Shown in pieces: positions 31,495-32,000 of a stretch of 32,000 bases of DNA. The notes below the pieces were generated by a model that saw nothing but the letters and a program-made list of their open reading frames with translations, did no database searches and had not been told where the DNA came from. Position numbers and translations under genes: made by a program. The stretch is from Planctomycetales bacterium. GTDB lineage: Bacteria > 4484-113 > JAFGCY01. Position 1 is the stretch's first letter, and each line of letters opens with the position of its first letter. The stretch is from the NCBI GenBank assembly GCA_022646745.1, contig CP060262.1:2460001-2492000 (forward strand), written 5' to 3'.

Positions 31495-31944
31495 TCAGTC
31501 GGGCCTGTTGCCAGTTTCGCCTTCGGATTCGGATGAAACTGCCTTGTCCCCATCCAGCTCAGCCTGCATCTCTTCGCGCACTTCCTCGCGTGTGCGGCTG
31601 GCGCGCTGCTCAATCTGCTGCAGCAGGTATTCGATGCTGTAGCGCTTCTCAAGCGCGCTTTGCAGCTTGCTGAGTTGCTCGGGGGTGATGTAGCCGACAC
31701 CGAGCTTCATCATCAGCCAGCGCATGAACTCGTAACTGATGTCATGCAGCGGCTCCACGATCTTCACCAGCTGGCTGCCGGTGAAGTTCAGGTGCCGGTG
31801 GCTCTCGATCCAGAGGATCGCAGGAGTGCTCATCCCGCGGCGGTCGATGATCTCCGCAATGTTCTGCAGCACTTCCTTCTCCTCGGCGCTGAGGCTGTCC
31901 TCGGAGAATTCCTCGATCGCGAAGGCATAGCGCAGCCAGGCCAT
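31495..31944 (-). CDS. Hypothetical protein (at least 149 aa; may start outside the window)
   Basis: ORF 31495..31944. The reading frame stays open upstream of the ATG at 31944 to the window edge (...DNEQPQAELEQQEKPKGIMAWLRY), so the true start is uncertain. No family recognised. Confidence 0.5.
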   Translation of the reverse strand: MAWLRYAFAIEEFSEDSLSAEEKEVLQNIAEIIDRRGMSTPAILWIESHRHLNFTGSQLVKIVEPLHDISYEFMRWLMMKLGVGYITPEQLSKLQSALEKRYSIEYLLQQIEQRASRTREEVREEMQAELDGDKAVSSESEGETGNRPD

Positions 31945-32000
31945 GATGCCCTTCGGCTTCTCCTGCTGCTCCAGCTCCGCCTGCGGCTGTTCGTTGTCAG

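Overview
High-GC bacterial chromosomal window. I saw no rRNA, tRNA, CRISPR array, reverse transcriptase, phage module or recognisable defence module. All domain calls come from motif recognition by eye; no search or computation was run.

Core content:
- rpsO-pnp.
- A tightly coupled seven-gene operon: Na+/solute symporter, GNAT, alanine/ornithine-racemase-family enzyme, argB, argD, argC, argJ.
- Second-messenger sensors: a FecR/cohesin-like exoprotein with a CHASE2 class III cyclase, and an sCache-HAMP-HD-GYP protein.
- A MerR/TipA-type regulator with a classic 19-bp-spacer operator-promoter.
- A GlmL/MutL-like ASKHA ATPase.
- Many signal-peptide or lipoprotein hypotheticals, including two tandem paralogous seven-repeat lipoproteins.

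Unusual content:
- A REP-associated tyrosine transposase (RAYT) gene bracketed by arrays of hairpins with 7-8 bp stems and 3-nt loops.
- A second twin-hairpin GTAGGG element present three times, with compensatory stem substitutions between copies.
- 134-bp direct repeats bracketing a small membrane-protein gene.
- A lower-GC gene bracketed by a duplicated 41-nt terminator.
- Inverted arrays of tandem heptamers.
- A possible sRNA locus.
- A ~113-aa RGG/GGDRGGRGGG tail on PNPase.

The best candidates for something undescribed are the structured hairpin-element families and the ornithine-branch arg operon extended by a transporter, GNAT and racemase.
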